From positions 64,001-128,000 of the forward strand of contig JACKPA010000012.1 in the NCBI GenBank assembly GCA_024233865.1: a DNA stretch of 64,000 nt, read 5' to 3'. This stretch comes from Leptospiraceae bacterium (GTDB lineage Bacteria; Spirochaetota; Leptospiria; Leptospirales; Leptospiraceae). The position numbers and the translations under genes were made by a program. Positions 37,270 to 47,037 of the stretch are shown here, piece after piece (positions within the stretch are counted from its first letter, which is position 1; every line of letters begins with the position of its first letter). The notes below the pieces were generated by a model. It searched no databases and was not told the DNA's origin. It worked only from the letters and a program-made list of their open reading frames with translations.

Positions 37270-37717
37270 TTTAACCATTGTTTGCAAGTTGTTTATAGAA
37301 AAGGATGTCAAATTTCTTATTTGTGGCGCCAGGGCATGTGCTCTCCATGGTTATATTCGAGCGACTGAAGACATTGATATACTAGTTCAAAATAATAAAA
37401 AGAATATAGAAAAAGTAATCGAATGTATAAATGAGTTATATCCCCACCTAGAAGAAGTTACCGTAGATGATTTGATTTCCAATATTGTCTTAAAAATTTT
37501 AGATGAACCTGAATTGGATATAATGCTTTCCGCTTGGTCGGTAACCTATGAAGAAGCTCAAAAAGATGTATGCAAAGTTGTTTTTAACAATCTGGAAATA
37601 CCTTTTCTTGGTTTGGAATCGTTGTTAAAAAGCAAGGAGACTGAGAGAGAACAAGACAAGTGGGATTCTAAGATACTAAGAGAGATTTTGAAAAAGAAGC
37701 ATAAAACAAAGGAATAA
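37244..37717 (+). CDS. Nucleotidyltransferase-fold-like small protein
   Basis: LICGARACALHGYIRATEDIDILV resembles the minimal nucleotidyltransferase GG/GS...D.D motif. Confidence 0.3.
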   Translation: MITLNPKDDLTIVCKLFIEKDVKFLICGARACALHGYIRATEDIDILVQNNKKNIEKVIECINELYPHLEEVTVDDLISNIVLKILDEPELDIMLSAWSVTYEEAQKDVCKVVFNNLEIPFLGLESLLKSKETEREQDKWDSKILREILKKKHKTKE

Positions 37718-37719
37718 AT

Positions 37720-39039
37720 ATGAAAAATATAGTAATATTACTTTTTATTGTAATTTTAAGCCTTGGTTGTGCCGGAAATCAAAAACCGGAAAAAAAAACC
37801 GAGATAAAATTATATGAACTGGATAGCTCCAATATTCGAACCGAAAGATTTAAAAATACTGGGAATTTGAAAGGCAAAGGACCGGTTCTTGTGAATACTC
37901 CTGCTAGCCAACTATCGGAGGATCAAATCAAGAACTTACCAAAACACGGAATTTGGGAAGAATACGCTGAAAAAGAGAACGTATCTACTAACGTGAAATA
38001 TAGTGTTTTGGAATCCAAGGGAGAATATAAAAACGGTAATCGAGAAGGTTTGTGGAAATATTTTTATGAAGACAAAAAGCTCTTTAAAGAAGTGAACTAT
38101 TCCAATGGTAAAAAAAACGGATTAGAAAAGAAATTTACCGGGAACGGTGATCTTATCAAGCAAGCAAGCTATATTGATGATCTGTTGCAAGGCGAATATT
38201 GGGAAAAATCGCAGAAAGGGATTTTGGAAAACGAAGGAGAATATACCGCCGGACAAAAAGCCGGAACCTGGAAAGAATACTACCCGGAAACGGGAAATCT
38301 TAAAAGTATAGCCAACTATTCCAATGATAAAAAAAATGGGAATTTTGTTCACTACTATGAGGATGGAAAAACCCAAATGGCTGTTGGAAAATACAGCAAT
38401 GATTTGGAAACCGGTCATTGGCAGTATTTTTATAAAAATGGAAACGTGCAAAGCGAAGGCGACTATAAACCAAGGAATTCCGATTTTCAAGACGAGCAAA
38501 AAGATACGCCGATGGCAAAAATTTCTCCCAAAGCGATCAAAGTGGGAACATGGAAACAGTACTACCAGTCCGGAGATTTATTTTCTACTGGTTTACGGGA
38601 AGGAAAACCCATGGGTGAATGGAAGTTTTATTACAAAGGAAACAAACTGGCTGCTAAAGGAATTATGACAAATGATATTATGATGAAGACAGGAGAAACG
38701 TTTACCAAAGACGGACTTATGGATAAAAAGGGCAATTTTATCCACTCCATTATCAAAATCGACCAAGAAAAAGATGAATTTTCCATGGATTATAAACCAT
38801 CAGCTCCTTTTATCTACTTTCGAGATGGGAAAAAGCATTTGGAAATCACAACTCGGAAAATTGGTGGGAAAAATGTTGCTTACGAATACGATGAAAATGA
38901 AAGCAAAATCGGAGAAGGTCCTTATGAGGCAATGATTGGAAAGAAAAACGGTTGCTGGACTTCCAAAGGTGAAAAGGTTTACTACGTTTTGGGAAAGGTG
39001 AGAAAAGGGGTCATGGCAAAAGCAGCCAATTGTGAGTGA
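37720..39039 (+). CDS. MORN-repeat (MORN_2/YwqK-like) lipoprotein
   Basis: Lipobox LSLGC. Many repeats of G.YKNG..EG.WKYFYE.G.L. Confidence 0.65.
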   Translation: MKNIVILLFIVILSLGCAGNQKPEKKTEIKLYELDSSNIRTERFKNTGNLKGKGPVLVNTPASQLSEDQIKNLPKHGIWEEYAEKENVSTNVKYSVLESKGEYKNGNREGLWKYFYEDKKLFKEVNYSNGKKNGLEKKFTGNGDLIKQASYIDDLLQGEYWEKSQKGILENEGEYTAGQKAGTWKEYYPETGNLKSIANYSNDKKNGNFVHYYEDGKTQMAVGKYSNDLETGHWQYFYKNGNVQSEGDYKPRNSDFQDEQKDTPMAKISPKAIKVGTWKQYYQSGDLFSTGLREGKPMGEWKFYYKGNKLAAKGIMTNDIMMKTGETFTKDGLMDKKGNFIHSIIKIDQEKDEFSMDYKPSAPFIYFRDGKKHLEITTRKIGGKNVAYEYDENESKIGEGPYEAMIGKKNGCWTSKGEKVYYVLGKVRKGVMAKAANCE

Positions 39040-39173
39040 AGTAAAATACCTGCATCGCCAAATTTCTTCACGGTGAAATTCATGCTTCGAGACAGAATTT
39101 TTATCTATTTCAAGATATTCTCACTCAGTTGTGATTTTGTCGCCGTATTTTCCATTTGCCACCCTTAAACCTT

Positions 39174-39737
39174 TTACAAAAGCATAGCTTTGATTCTTTC
39201 CAAAGTATTAGTTCTACCTTCGGATAAGGGTTCCAGTTCTTTCAACTTGTATAAATCAACATCCCTGGCAAGGTCAAAAATTTTATCATCTTCTACGTGG
39301 AGTAGAATGTCTAGAAGTTTGTTTGGCTTATTTTCCAATAGTAAATTGAATACTTTTGTAGAAAGCCTTTTGTTCAAGCGAAACAGGATCATGGCGGCTT
39401 TTTCTGCGTTTAGATAAACAATAGATTCATAGATGTATTGAGGCTCTAATCCGGCTACGATGTTCAAAAAAAGGGATGGTTCCAAACTTTCGGCTATCAT
39501 AGCACCAACGGGAGGGTCAATATAAGATCGAATTACATAATGGATAATAAAGTTCGGGATGTATTTTATTATAACGGTGTTGGCTTGGATAGACTTTCGG
39601 ACGGCTTCCATCTTGACGTTGTAAAAGCCTTCGATAAACAATCGAACTTCATGAATTGTTTCAGGTGGTAAGTCTGCGATGGAATGAGGTATATCTCCAC
39701 CAACTAATTCTTCCAAAAAAACTAAATCTTCTTCCAT
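39174..39737 (-). CDS. Hypothetical protein
   Basis: ORF only. Confidence 0.3.
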   Translation of the reverse strand: MEEDLVFLEELVGGDIPHSIADLPPETIHEVRLFIEGFYNVKMEAVRKSIQANTVIIKYIPNFIIHYVIRSYIDPPVGAMIAESLEPSLFLNIVAGLEPQYIYESIVYLNAEKAAMILFRLNKRLSTKVFNLLLENKPNKLLDILLHVEDDKIFDLARDVDLYKLKELEPLSEGRTNTLERIKAMLL

Positions 39738-39777
39738 GGTATTCAGCCATATTGCTTAAACCTTAGATAATTTTCAA

Positions 39778-40998
39778 TTAATTAAAAAAAAATTCCATTT
39801 CTTTTTTGAGCCAAAGGATACGAACGATAAGCATAGCCAAAAGCACAATGCCAAACCACAAAATTCCAAAATCATTGTAAGATTTTTTAGAATTTTTGTA
39901 CAAAATGATCATAGGGATGCTGAGAGTAAACATTCTCATTATGTTATCGTAAGTTAGCCAATAACCTTGTTCGGCAATCCCGGCAGTAAAAAGGATGAAT
40001 AAAATTGGAAGAAACCAAACAAAATCTTGAACCGTTTTAATATTTCTTAAATTCAAAAGCAGTAGCAGATAAAAAATAAAGATCGGATATTTTGCCAGTT
40101 CTCGAACAAAAGGTGATAGATTCATTGGAGTCGAAAACGAAATGCTTTTAAAAAAGCCAAAAAACGGATAATCGATCAAATCAAGAAATGTTAGTGGATA
40201 TGTTCCGGGATTGGCATCTAAAAAAAATCGAAGGTAGAAGACAAAGGCAAAATAAAAAATTATAGACCCCCCGACTAGTCCAAGCAAACTTTTAGTCTCA
40301 TTACTCCCCCCTGTTGGGGGGAGTATTTGGACTGAACTAGAACTAAAGCTATTTGGGGGGTAGCTTCTTTTCAGCCATAACAATAACAATAACATCCCCA
40401 TTATGCTGAGAGCTGATTCTTTGATCAAAACGAAAAAGCAGCCAAGCAGTAGCAAAACAGATATCTTTGCCGGTTTGTGGCAATCTTTTTGATTCAAAAA
40501 GTAGAATATAAAAATCGTCCAAGAGCATACCAAAGAATCGGATAGTAGTAATAGGTTTGAGTTGATTACAAAAGGCGAAAACAGATGGAAATTCGCCAAA
40601 TAGCGGATTTCTTTTTTGCAGAGTTTTTTGAGCATAACAAAGGACATAATGTGAGATAGGTGTAGTATTGCTAAAGTGATAACCGGATAGGCTTTTGTGC
40701 CAAATATTTTTGAAAAAATTGAGGTTAGCAAGGGAAGCCCGATTCGAGTAAATCGAACACTAAATGAGTCCAAAATCGGAAGTTGCGAAGAAACACCACT
40801 CAAATACTGATTGATCAAATAAAAAAATTGCCCATCATATCCACCACTTTTATATACCACAAAACCTTTATCAACAAAATCGGGATTCAGGTTCAAAAAT
40901 CCTTCCCAGATCCCAATCATCGAAGAAAGGTTGTAATCATAAGGTTTTATGCGATAATAAATTAAAATTACGTTTAAAATAATGTATAAAAATATCAT
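39778..40998 (-). CDS. Polytopic integral membrane protein (GT-C-like/unknown) carrying an in-frame G/C-rich hairpin insertion
   Basis: ≥9 predicted TM helices. Hairpin CTCCCCCCTGTTGGGGGGAG at 40304-40323 encodes ..LPPTGGS.. in-frame. Confidence 0.5.
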   Translation of the reverse strand: MIFLYIILNVILIYYRIKPYDYNLSSMIGIWEGFLNLNPDFVDKGFVVYKSGGYDGQFFYLINQYLSGVSSQLPILDSFSVRFTRIGLPLLTSIFSKIFGTKAYPVITLAILHLSHIMSFVMLKKLCKKEIRYLANFHLFSPFVINSNLLLLSDSLVCSWTIFIFYFLNQKDCHKPAKISVLLLLGCFFVLIKESALSIMGMLLLLLWLKRSYPPNSFSSSSVQILPPTGGSNETKSLLGLVGGSIIFYFAFVFYLRFFLDANPGTYPLTFLDLIDYPFFGFFKSISFSTPMNLSPFVRELAKYPIFIFYLLLLLNLRNIKTVQDFVWFLPILFILFTAGIAEQGYWLTYDNIMRMFTLSIPMIILYKNSKKSYNDFGILWFGIVLLAMLIVRILWLKKEMEFFFN

Positions 40999-41003
40999 TT
41001 TTT

Positions 41004-42152
41004 CTATGGGACATTTCGACTACGCTCAATGTCCGAATTATGCTTTCTCTTATCGTAGTCGTGCGTTCCCTGAGCGTAGTCGAAGGGAACAGCCATCACT
41101 AATTTCGCCAAAGTTTCTATAAACATCGGATAAATTCCCGATGCAGGAACTCGATAATATTCGATGATTCCATTTTTGTGGGCGATTTCTTTCAATTCTT
41201 CGCCAATTTCAAACAATGTTTCCAGATGATCACTCACAAAACTAATGGGAATAATAGCTACTCGTTTAACACCTTCGTTTCCCAGTTGTTTTAGCATGTC
41301 AATTGTATTAGGTTCTGTCCATTTTCCTTTACCTACCCTACTCTGAAATGATAAATAATCTCTCCCCATAAAGCCAGCTTTTCGCAAATTTGTCGTAATT
41401 TTAGCCCTACAATCCTCTAATTCTTGAACGTAAGTATCTCCTTTTTTGATCAACCTCATTGGTATTCCATGGGCAGAGTAAACCAAAGTGAGATTTTGCC
41501 AATCTTCAATCGGTTCTTTTCGATTCAATTGAATAAAGTTTTTTACCAATTTCCCATAAAAATAATCCAATATCAATTGAGTTGCTGCCTGTAAATAAGA
41601 TGGTTCTTTATAAAATGGTCCGATCCAACCTGGCTCTTTTCTTGGATCAGTCCCGATAATTTGTTCTATTATATTTACAACACTTAAAACGGTTGATCGA
41701 GAAAAATGAGGAAACAAAGGTAGTAAAATATTATCTTGGGAAGGAATTAACCTGGATTTTTCCATATCTCGCAAATTAGGATAACCGGCTGTCATTGCAA
41801 TATCAACAGACCAATCTTCACCTGTTTTGCTTTTTAGCAAAGTTTCGAGAGTTTTAGCTTGTTTTTCCGTTTCGGGAACAAGAGGAGAACCACCGCCAAA
41901 GCCCATTTTTAAATAACTTTTGGCAACTTCCGGAGTTCGTCTTTTGGTTATAAACTTTGCCAGCTTTAAACGAAAAAATTCCGGTAGAGGAACATCAAAA
42001 ACAAAAGGATCACTCAAAACATCCCAAAGAAACTTTTCTATTTCCGCAGGATTTCTTGGACCACCAAAGTTAATTAATAATACTCTTTTTTTCAAACTAT
42101 TATTCCGTTTTTTTTGGTTCCAGATAAAACTTTTTGATATATGCGACTTCAA
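41004..42152 (-). CDS. hemH: Ferrochelatase
   Basis: VLLINFGGP..FL.DVLSDP, GGGSPL, and C-terminal SDHLETLFEIGEEL. Confidence 0.8.
   Translation of the reverse strand: MKSHISKSFIWNQKKRNNSLKKRVLLINFGGPRNPAEIEKFLWDVLSDPFVFDVPLPEFFRLKLAKFITKRRTPEVAKSYLKMGFGGGSPLVPETEKQAKTLETLLKSKTGEDWSVDIAMTAGYPNLRDMEKSRLIPSQDNILLPLFPHFSRSTVLSVVNIIEQIIGTDPRKEPGWIGPFYKEPSYLQAATQLILDYFYGKLVKNFIQLNRKEPIEDWQNLTLVYSAHGIPMRLIKKGDTYVQELEDCRAKITTNLRKAGFMGRDYLSFQSRVGKGKWTEPNTIDMLKQLGNEGVKRVAIIPISFVSDHLETLFEIGEELKEIAHKNGIIEYYRVPASGIYPMFIETLAKLVMAVPFDYAQGTHDYDKRKHNSDIERSRNVP
41010..41092. repeat. R1 palindromic element, extended copy downstream of hemH
   Basis: TTTCGACTACGCTCAATG ... ATCGTAGTCG ... CCCTGAGCGTAGTCGAAGGGAAC. 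Confidence 0.6.
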
Positions 42153-43137
42153 TTCCGGCTTCTTTTGTATCTATATAATCTCTAAATGCACCTTGGTAAT
42201 TGGACAACATATCATTTAGAGTTAGCCCACCTTTGGTTGTGAACCCACCTCTTGTAAATTGTCTGTGAGCATAATAACCTATTCGAAATAAACTGTCATA
42301 TTGGGGTAGTTTATAAAAGAATTCAAAATTAACAAGAAAACCTAAACCGGAATTGCTGGATAAAAAATTTAAAGCTCTTTGGTAATGAAAATCTCTAGCT
42401 TTATTATAAGCATACAATATGTGCACAGAAGGTTCAATAGAGATATTTTTAAAAGAGAACAAATACCCTAAACCTAAAGGGAATTCAACCATTGTATGGG
42501 AATAAGATAAACCTAATCCGATAGGTCCATAATAAACCGGTTTGGAATCAATAAACTGAATCACGTCATACAGGTAATATTTAAAAAATTTATATCGAAC
42601 TCCTAAAGACGCAAAAAAACCGCTATTTATACTAAATGGGTCTGGCGTCGCTTTTCCAAAATAATACCTCATAAAGGCATCGCCTCCATATTCTTTCATG
42701 GAGGATCTTGTGTGACCGTCAGCAAAATTAACAGTTCCCGTATAAGTATGGGCTGTGTCGTACAAGGTAAAACGCTCTGGGGCAAATTTAGTCCCTTTTT
42801 CAGTTGAAATGCTTCCCATTACAAAATCTTCGTCTCTTGAATCTCCAGGGTTAATGTACCAACCTGTTGTTGTATATTTCATGGTGACCAAGAATTTGTT
42901 ATGATAAAATCCTAACTGAAATCCACCATAGTTAAAGTTTCTGGCATAGGTTATTCTAGAGCCTCCTTTGATTCCTGATAGATTCGGGTACTTATTTCCG
43001 GATTCAAAAATGTGATCTCCCTGGTTTCTTGCTCCAATTATAGAGACATATCCATCAGCAAATAATGGATGAAAAATGGAGATTAATAGAACTGAAAAAA
43101 TTTGTAATTTTGTCTTGAATTTAAAGCTGTAAAACAT
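42100..43137 (-). CDS. Outer-membrane beta-barrel-like hypothetical
   Basis: ORF runs to 43308 but the signal peptide starts at the internal Met (MFYSFKFKTKLQIFSVLLISIF), so the start is ~43137. C-terminal aromatic-rich beta pattern. Confidence 0.4.
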   Translation of the reverse strand: MFYSFKFKTKLQIFSVLLISIFHPLFADGYVSIIGARNQGDHIFESGNKYPNLSGIKGGSRITYARNFNYGGFQLGFYHNKFLVTMKYTTTGWYINPGDSRDEDFVMGSISTEKGTKFAPERFTLYDTAHTYTGTVNFADGHTRSSMKEYGGDAFMRYYFGKATPDPFSINSGFFASLGVRYKFFKYYLYDVIQFIDSKPVYYGPIGLGLSYSHTMVEFPLGLGYLFSFKNISIEPSVHILYAYNKARDFHYQRALNFLSSNSGLGFLVNFEFFYKLPQYDSLFRIGYYAHRQFTRGGFTTKGGLTLNDMLSNYQGAFRDYIDTKEAGIEVAYIKKFYLEPKKTE

Positions 43138-43217
43138 TATATAACAAAGGATAGAAAATGGTATCTTATGTCGATTTAATATTTCAAAAAACATCAAAAC
43201 TGTTTGTATTAATAATA

Positions 43218-43238
43218 GGGGTGAAATGATTTCACCCC
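43218..43238. promoter_or_regulatory. Perfect palindrome GGGGTGAAAT-G-ATTTCACCCC 17 bp upstream of second parA start; candidate ParA/ParB operator or centromere
   Basis: 10-bp arms. Contains GTGAAA/TTTCAC half-sites reminiscent of canonical parS (TGTTTCAC-GTGAAACA) but in inverted arrangement. Confidence 0.45.
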
Positions 43239-43254
43239 TACCAAAAGGATTTAC

Positions 43255-44031
43255 ATGAAAGAAGAAAAAAGCTCTAAAGAAGCAAATATAATTGCTGTAT
43301 CCAACCAAAAGGGAGGTGAAGGAAAAACTACTATTTCGCTTTTTTTATCAGAAGCGCTTTCGGAACATTTTAAAGTTTTACTTATTGATTGGGACGCACA
43401 AGCCAATGCAACAAGATTGTTTGTGAATAATCCGGAAAAGTCTATTTTTCACTGTTTAAAATATAGAAATAATTCACCAATTTCAATGAATGTGATAACT
43501 AAGCATATCACTGAGAATTTTCATTTGATTCCATCTTCTATTTCATTGGCTAACCTAACAACTCCTTTCGATATAGAAGATTTTGAATTATTAAAGGATG
43601 CTATCGAACCATTAAAACCTCTATATGATTATATTATTATAGATTGTCCTCCTTCTCTGGGATTGGTTTTGGAAAATGCTCTAATCGCAGCCGATTATGT
43701 AATTATACCAGTTCAAACCAGAGCTTTTAGTGTTCAGGGTTTACAAGATTTGTACAACTCTATTGAAAAAATTAAAAAAAGAGCAAATCCAAATCTTAAA
43801 TTATTGGGTGCAATCTTGAATCAATATGAAGAGAGTAGGGCATTGTCGGGTTTATCAAAAAATATTCGTAAATACTTTCCTGTATTCAAAACGATTATAT
43901 ATAGAAAAGAAAATATTCCGCAAGCTCAAGCCAAAAGAAAATTGTTGAAAGGATGTGATCCAAAAACAAGGAAGAATTTTTATGAACTTGCAAATGAAAT
44001 TCAGGAGCATATAAATGTCGAAAAAAAATGA
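43255..44031 (+). CDS. parA: ParA/Soj partition ATPase (second copy)
   Basis: Deviant Walker A NQKGGEGKTTIS. Overlaps parB by 17 bp. Confidence 0.85.
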   Translation: MKEEKSSKEANIIAVSNQKGGEGKTTISLFLSEALSEHFKVLLIDWDAQANATRLFVNNPEKSIFHCLKYRNNSPISMNVITKHITENFHLIPSSISLANLTTPFDIEDFELLKDAIEPLKPLYDYIIIDCPPSLGLVLENALIAADYVIIPVQTRAFSVQGLQDLYNSIEKIKKRANPNLKLLGAILNQYEESRALSGLSKNIRKYFPVFKTIIYRKENIPQAQAKRKLLKGCDPKTRKNFYELANEIQEHINVEKK

Positions 44032-44713
44032 ATTTGGAGCATTGGATTTAATTTCCGTATATGATGAAAAAAAGGAAAATCCTGATAAAATTCCAATTTC
44101 TGAAATTATATCAAATCCCAACCAACCAAGGGTATTTGGTAAAGATAATGTAGATGATTTGCTTGATTCTATAGAAAGGCTCGGTTTGATAGAGCCGATT
44201 GTTGTAAGAAAGGACTTAGATGGGTATGTCCTTGTTGCGGGAGAAAGAAGACTAAATGCTGCCACAAAATTAGGCTGGAGTGAAATTCCAGCCATTGTAA
44301 CGGATGCCAATCCTGATGTTTGTTATGAGATGGCATTGGCAGAAAATGAAAAAAGAAAGAGCCTTAATCCTTGGGAAGTGGGAAGAGCTATTGATTATTT
44401 AAGGAAGGAAAAAAATAAAACCGCTGATGAGGTTGGTAAGATACTCGGCTACACACCTAGATATATTAAACAGTTAAACGCTATTGCTAGAATTGAGCAA
44501 GATGTTGTGAATGAATTTATACAAAAAGGAAATGAGCCATCTATAAAAAATTTAGAAAGACTGCTTAAAATGCAAAGCGGAGAAGAACAACCAAAATATA
44601 AATATGTTCCAAAAAACAATAGGATAGTTATTGATTTAAAAAGAATTCCTGAGCAAGCCAGAGTTGATTTTATGGAAGAGCTTCAGAATTTAAAAATTAA
44701 GTATGGGATATGA
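44015..44713 (+). CDS. parB: ParB-like partition protein (second copy, short)
   Basis: ParB box LVAGERRLNAATKLGW; 232 aa. Confidence 0.8.
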   Translation: MSKKNEFGALDLISVYDEKKENPDKIPISEIISNPNQPRVFGKDNVDDLLDSIERLGLIEPIVVRKDLDGYVLVAGERRLNAATKLGWSEIPAIVTDANPDVCYEMALAENEKRKSLNPWEVGRAIDYLRKEKNKTADEVGKILGYTPRYIKQLNAIARIEQDVVNEFIQKGNEPSIKNLERLLKMQSGEEQPKYKYVPKNNRIVIDLKRIPEQARVDFMEELQNLKIKYGI

Positions 44714-44843
44714 AATAATCAAAAAAATTTTTTATTGAAAAAAAAATCTTTTTGATTATAGTATACACTAAAATTAGTGTAAATTTTGTATACTTTAAGA
44801 ATATGCTGATTTAAAATTTAAACGAAATATAAAAGGACTAAGT

Positions 44844-45764
44844 ATGAACCGTAATTTAAGGTTTAGTAATCTAGAAGACGTAGAAAAAGAACTAAAGAAA
44901 TTAGAAAACTCAAAAGTAGAGGCTAGTAGCTTTCTGAATTATTATCAAATTTTAAACCATTGTGCAGATCATATATACTTCTCTATGATGGGTTTTCCTG
45001 GAAGAAACTGGCCCTTTTTTATACGAAAAACTTATGGCAAGTATAAATTATCTCAAATCATGGAAGAAGGTTATATCCAACCGGATTCTCCTTTGCCTTA
45101 TGCTCCTAAAGAGAACGAAGATGGGAACGAAGATATTGCCATGGATAAACTAAAAAAAGCTATTGTAGATTTTAGAGATTATGAAGGTTCTTTGTCTGCT
45201 CATCCCTTTTATGATTTGTTAACCAAAGAATTATGGGAAAAATTTCATTCTATGTATATTGCAAATTTGTTAGGGTTTGTAAATGTAGTTGAGAAAGTTG
45301 AAGCAAAAGTTCCTAATACTAAAATGGTCGAGCCATCCAAACCAGTTATAGAAGAATCAAAACCTAAAAAAGCTGTTGTTAAAGAGCCAGAAAAAGTTCC
45401 TCAAAACAAAACTAAAATAGAGCAAATAACAACAACATCCTCACCTTCAAAAAAGAAACCGGTAAGTAAAAAAACTATTCCTGCTCCCGTTTCTAAAAAA
45501 TCTCTTATAAATACTTCTAAGAAAAAAGCTATAAAAGAAGTGGATAAACCTGCTGCAAAAAAGAAGCCTCAACAAAAATTGAAGCCGGATATTATTGCTA
45601 AAAAGAAACCGGTAAGTAAAAAAACTATTCCTGCTCCTGTTTCTACAAAATCTCCTATAAATACTTCTAAGAAAAAAGCTATAAAAGAAGTGGATAAACC
45701 TGCTGCAAAGAAAAAGCCTGCTTCTAAGCAGAAAATTAAGGAAACTGTAAAAAAGAAACGTTAA
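44844..45764 (+). CDS. Hypothetical protein with Lys-rich histone-H1-like C-terminal tail containing a ~130-bp tandem duplication
   Basis: Globular N-terminal domain. C-terminal KKKPVSKKTIPAPVSKKS.INTSKKKAIKEVDKPAAKKKP is repeated twice (DNA 45450-45579 and 45600-45719). Confidence 0.45.
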   Translation: MNRNLRFSNLEDVEKELKKLENSKVEASSFLNYYQILNHCADHIYFSMMGFPGRNWPFFIRKTYGKYKLSQIMEEGYIQPDSPLPYAPKENEDGNEDIAMDKLKKAIVDFRDYEGSLSAHPFYDLLTKELWEKFHSMYIANLLGFVNVVEKVEAKVPNTKMVEPSKPVIEESKPKKAVVKEPEKVPQNKTKIEQITTTSSPSKKKPVSKKTIPAPVSKKSLINTSKKKAIKEVDKPAAKKKPQQKLKPDIIAKKKPVSKKTIPAPVSTKSPINTSKKKAIKEVDKPAAKKKPASKQKIKETVKKKR

Positions 45765-46918
45765 CTTTGATTGTTTTGAATGGGAATTTTAAGCTTATAA
45801 AAAGGATAAAAAGCTGATTTCCAGAGTAGCAATGGAATAAATATGTTTATTAATAGTGTAAGTATCCATGCCCATAAGGGACCATACATTGTATAGGGAT
45901 CAAATTGGTGCATAAGGTGCATAATGATGGGATGCAAAAGGAATATTACCAAACTATTTTTTCCTATATAGATACAAGTGTGGTATATATAATTTAGAGA
46001 TGAATTGGTTGAGTTTTCAAGGTAATGACCCAAATAGATTAGGGTGATAAATGCAACAAAAGGATAAAATACGAATCGGCTTGAGTTTTCAAAAAAATTA
46101 AAAAACGTAAAATAAGCAATAAAGCTGTTATATATAATTATAGCTAAGACTAATAAATATAAATTTCTATTGCTGTGAAATAGTTCCATAAACTCATTTT
46201 TAAATAGAAGTTTTCTTTTCATAACCAAGCCTATTACAAAGAAAAAGAAGTAGTTTGTGCATGACAGAACTTGCCATCTATTAATTTCTTCGGAATGTTC
46301 TAAGGCAAAATATTGGTTTGAGAATATATTAATCAATAGAGAAAACAGAATCAAGATAGTTAAATTTTTGTTTTTTAGTTTTTCAATAACTTTATGAAAA
46401 ATAAAATAAAGAAAGTAGAACTGAAAAATCATGGGAATGAAGTAATAAGGCTCATATACTTTACCGAGTAATATTTGAATTATAAAATTCCATACTCCTA
46501 CCTTTTGAATATCATTGTATTTGATAAAAAATCCTAAAATTGCTATCAAAAAATAAGGTAAAAATAATTTATTGATTCTTGGCTTCCAGTAAGAAGATCT
46601 GGTTTTATAGTTTAAGAAGACAGCCGAGGAAAAAATAAAAATCGGAACGCAAAACCTATAATAATTAGAAAAGAGTCTTGTAATTTTTAGTTCAACGTTG
46701 TTTGGATGAAAATAGGTAAAATAGGAATCTATGTGAATGATAATAGTTCCTAAAGTGGCTACTCCGCGAATAAAATCAATTACTTCATTTCTTTTATAAT
46801 TTTCAACACTGGTGATGTTTTCATTATTTTGAAATAATGTTCTATAAGAGGGTGCAAACTTTAGCAAAAAAATACCTAGCAAAACACCTAAAATTTCAAT
46901 AAAAATATATGGATTCAT
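45761..46918 (-). CDS. Acyltransferase-3 family membrane protein
   Basis: ~10 TM helices. N-terminal DFIRGVATLGTIIIHI motif. Confidence 0.65.
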   Translation of the reverse strand: MNPYIFIEILGVLLGIFLLKFAPSYRTLFQNNENITSVENYKRNEVIDFIRGVATLGTIIIHIDSYFTYFHPNNVELKITRLFSNYYRFCVPIFIFSSAVFLNYKTRSSYWKPRINKLFLPYFLIAILGFFIKYNDIQKVGVWNFIIQILLGKVYEPYYFIPMIFQFYFLYFIFHKVIEKLKNKNLTILILFSLLINIFSNQYFALEHSEEINRWQVLSCTNYFFFFVIGLVMKRKLLFKNEFMELFHSNRNLYLLVLAIIIYNSFIAYFTFFNFFENSSRFVFYPFVAFITLIYLGHYLENSTNSSLNYIYHTCIYIGKNSLVIFLLHPIIMHLMHQFDPYTMYGPLWAWILTLLINIFIPLLLWKSAFYPFYKLKIPIQNNQS

Positions 46919-47037
46919 AATGAGAGTTCAATCATGTTAATCACGAAAATCATTCTAGTCATACTATAAAACGAGGTAAATTAATCATGTAAATCCTGAA
47001 AATCAGTTTGATCCTAATATAAAAATGTTGCTATTTT

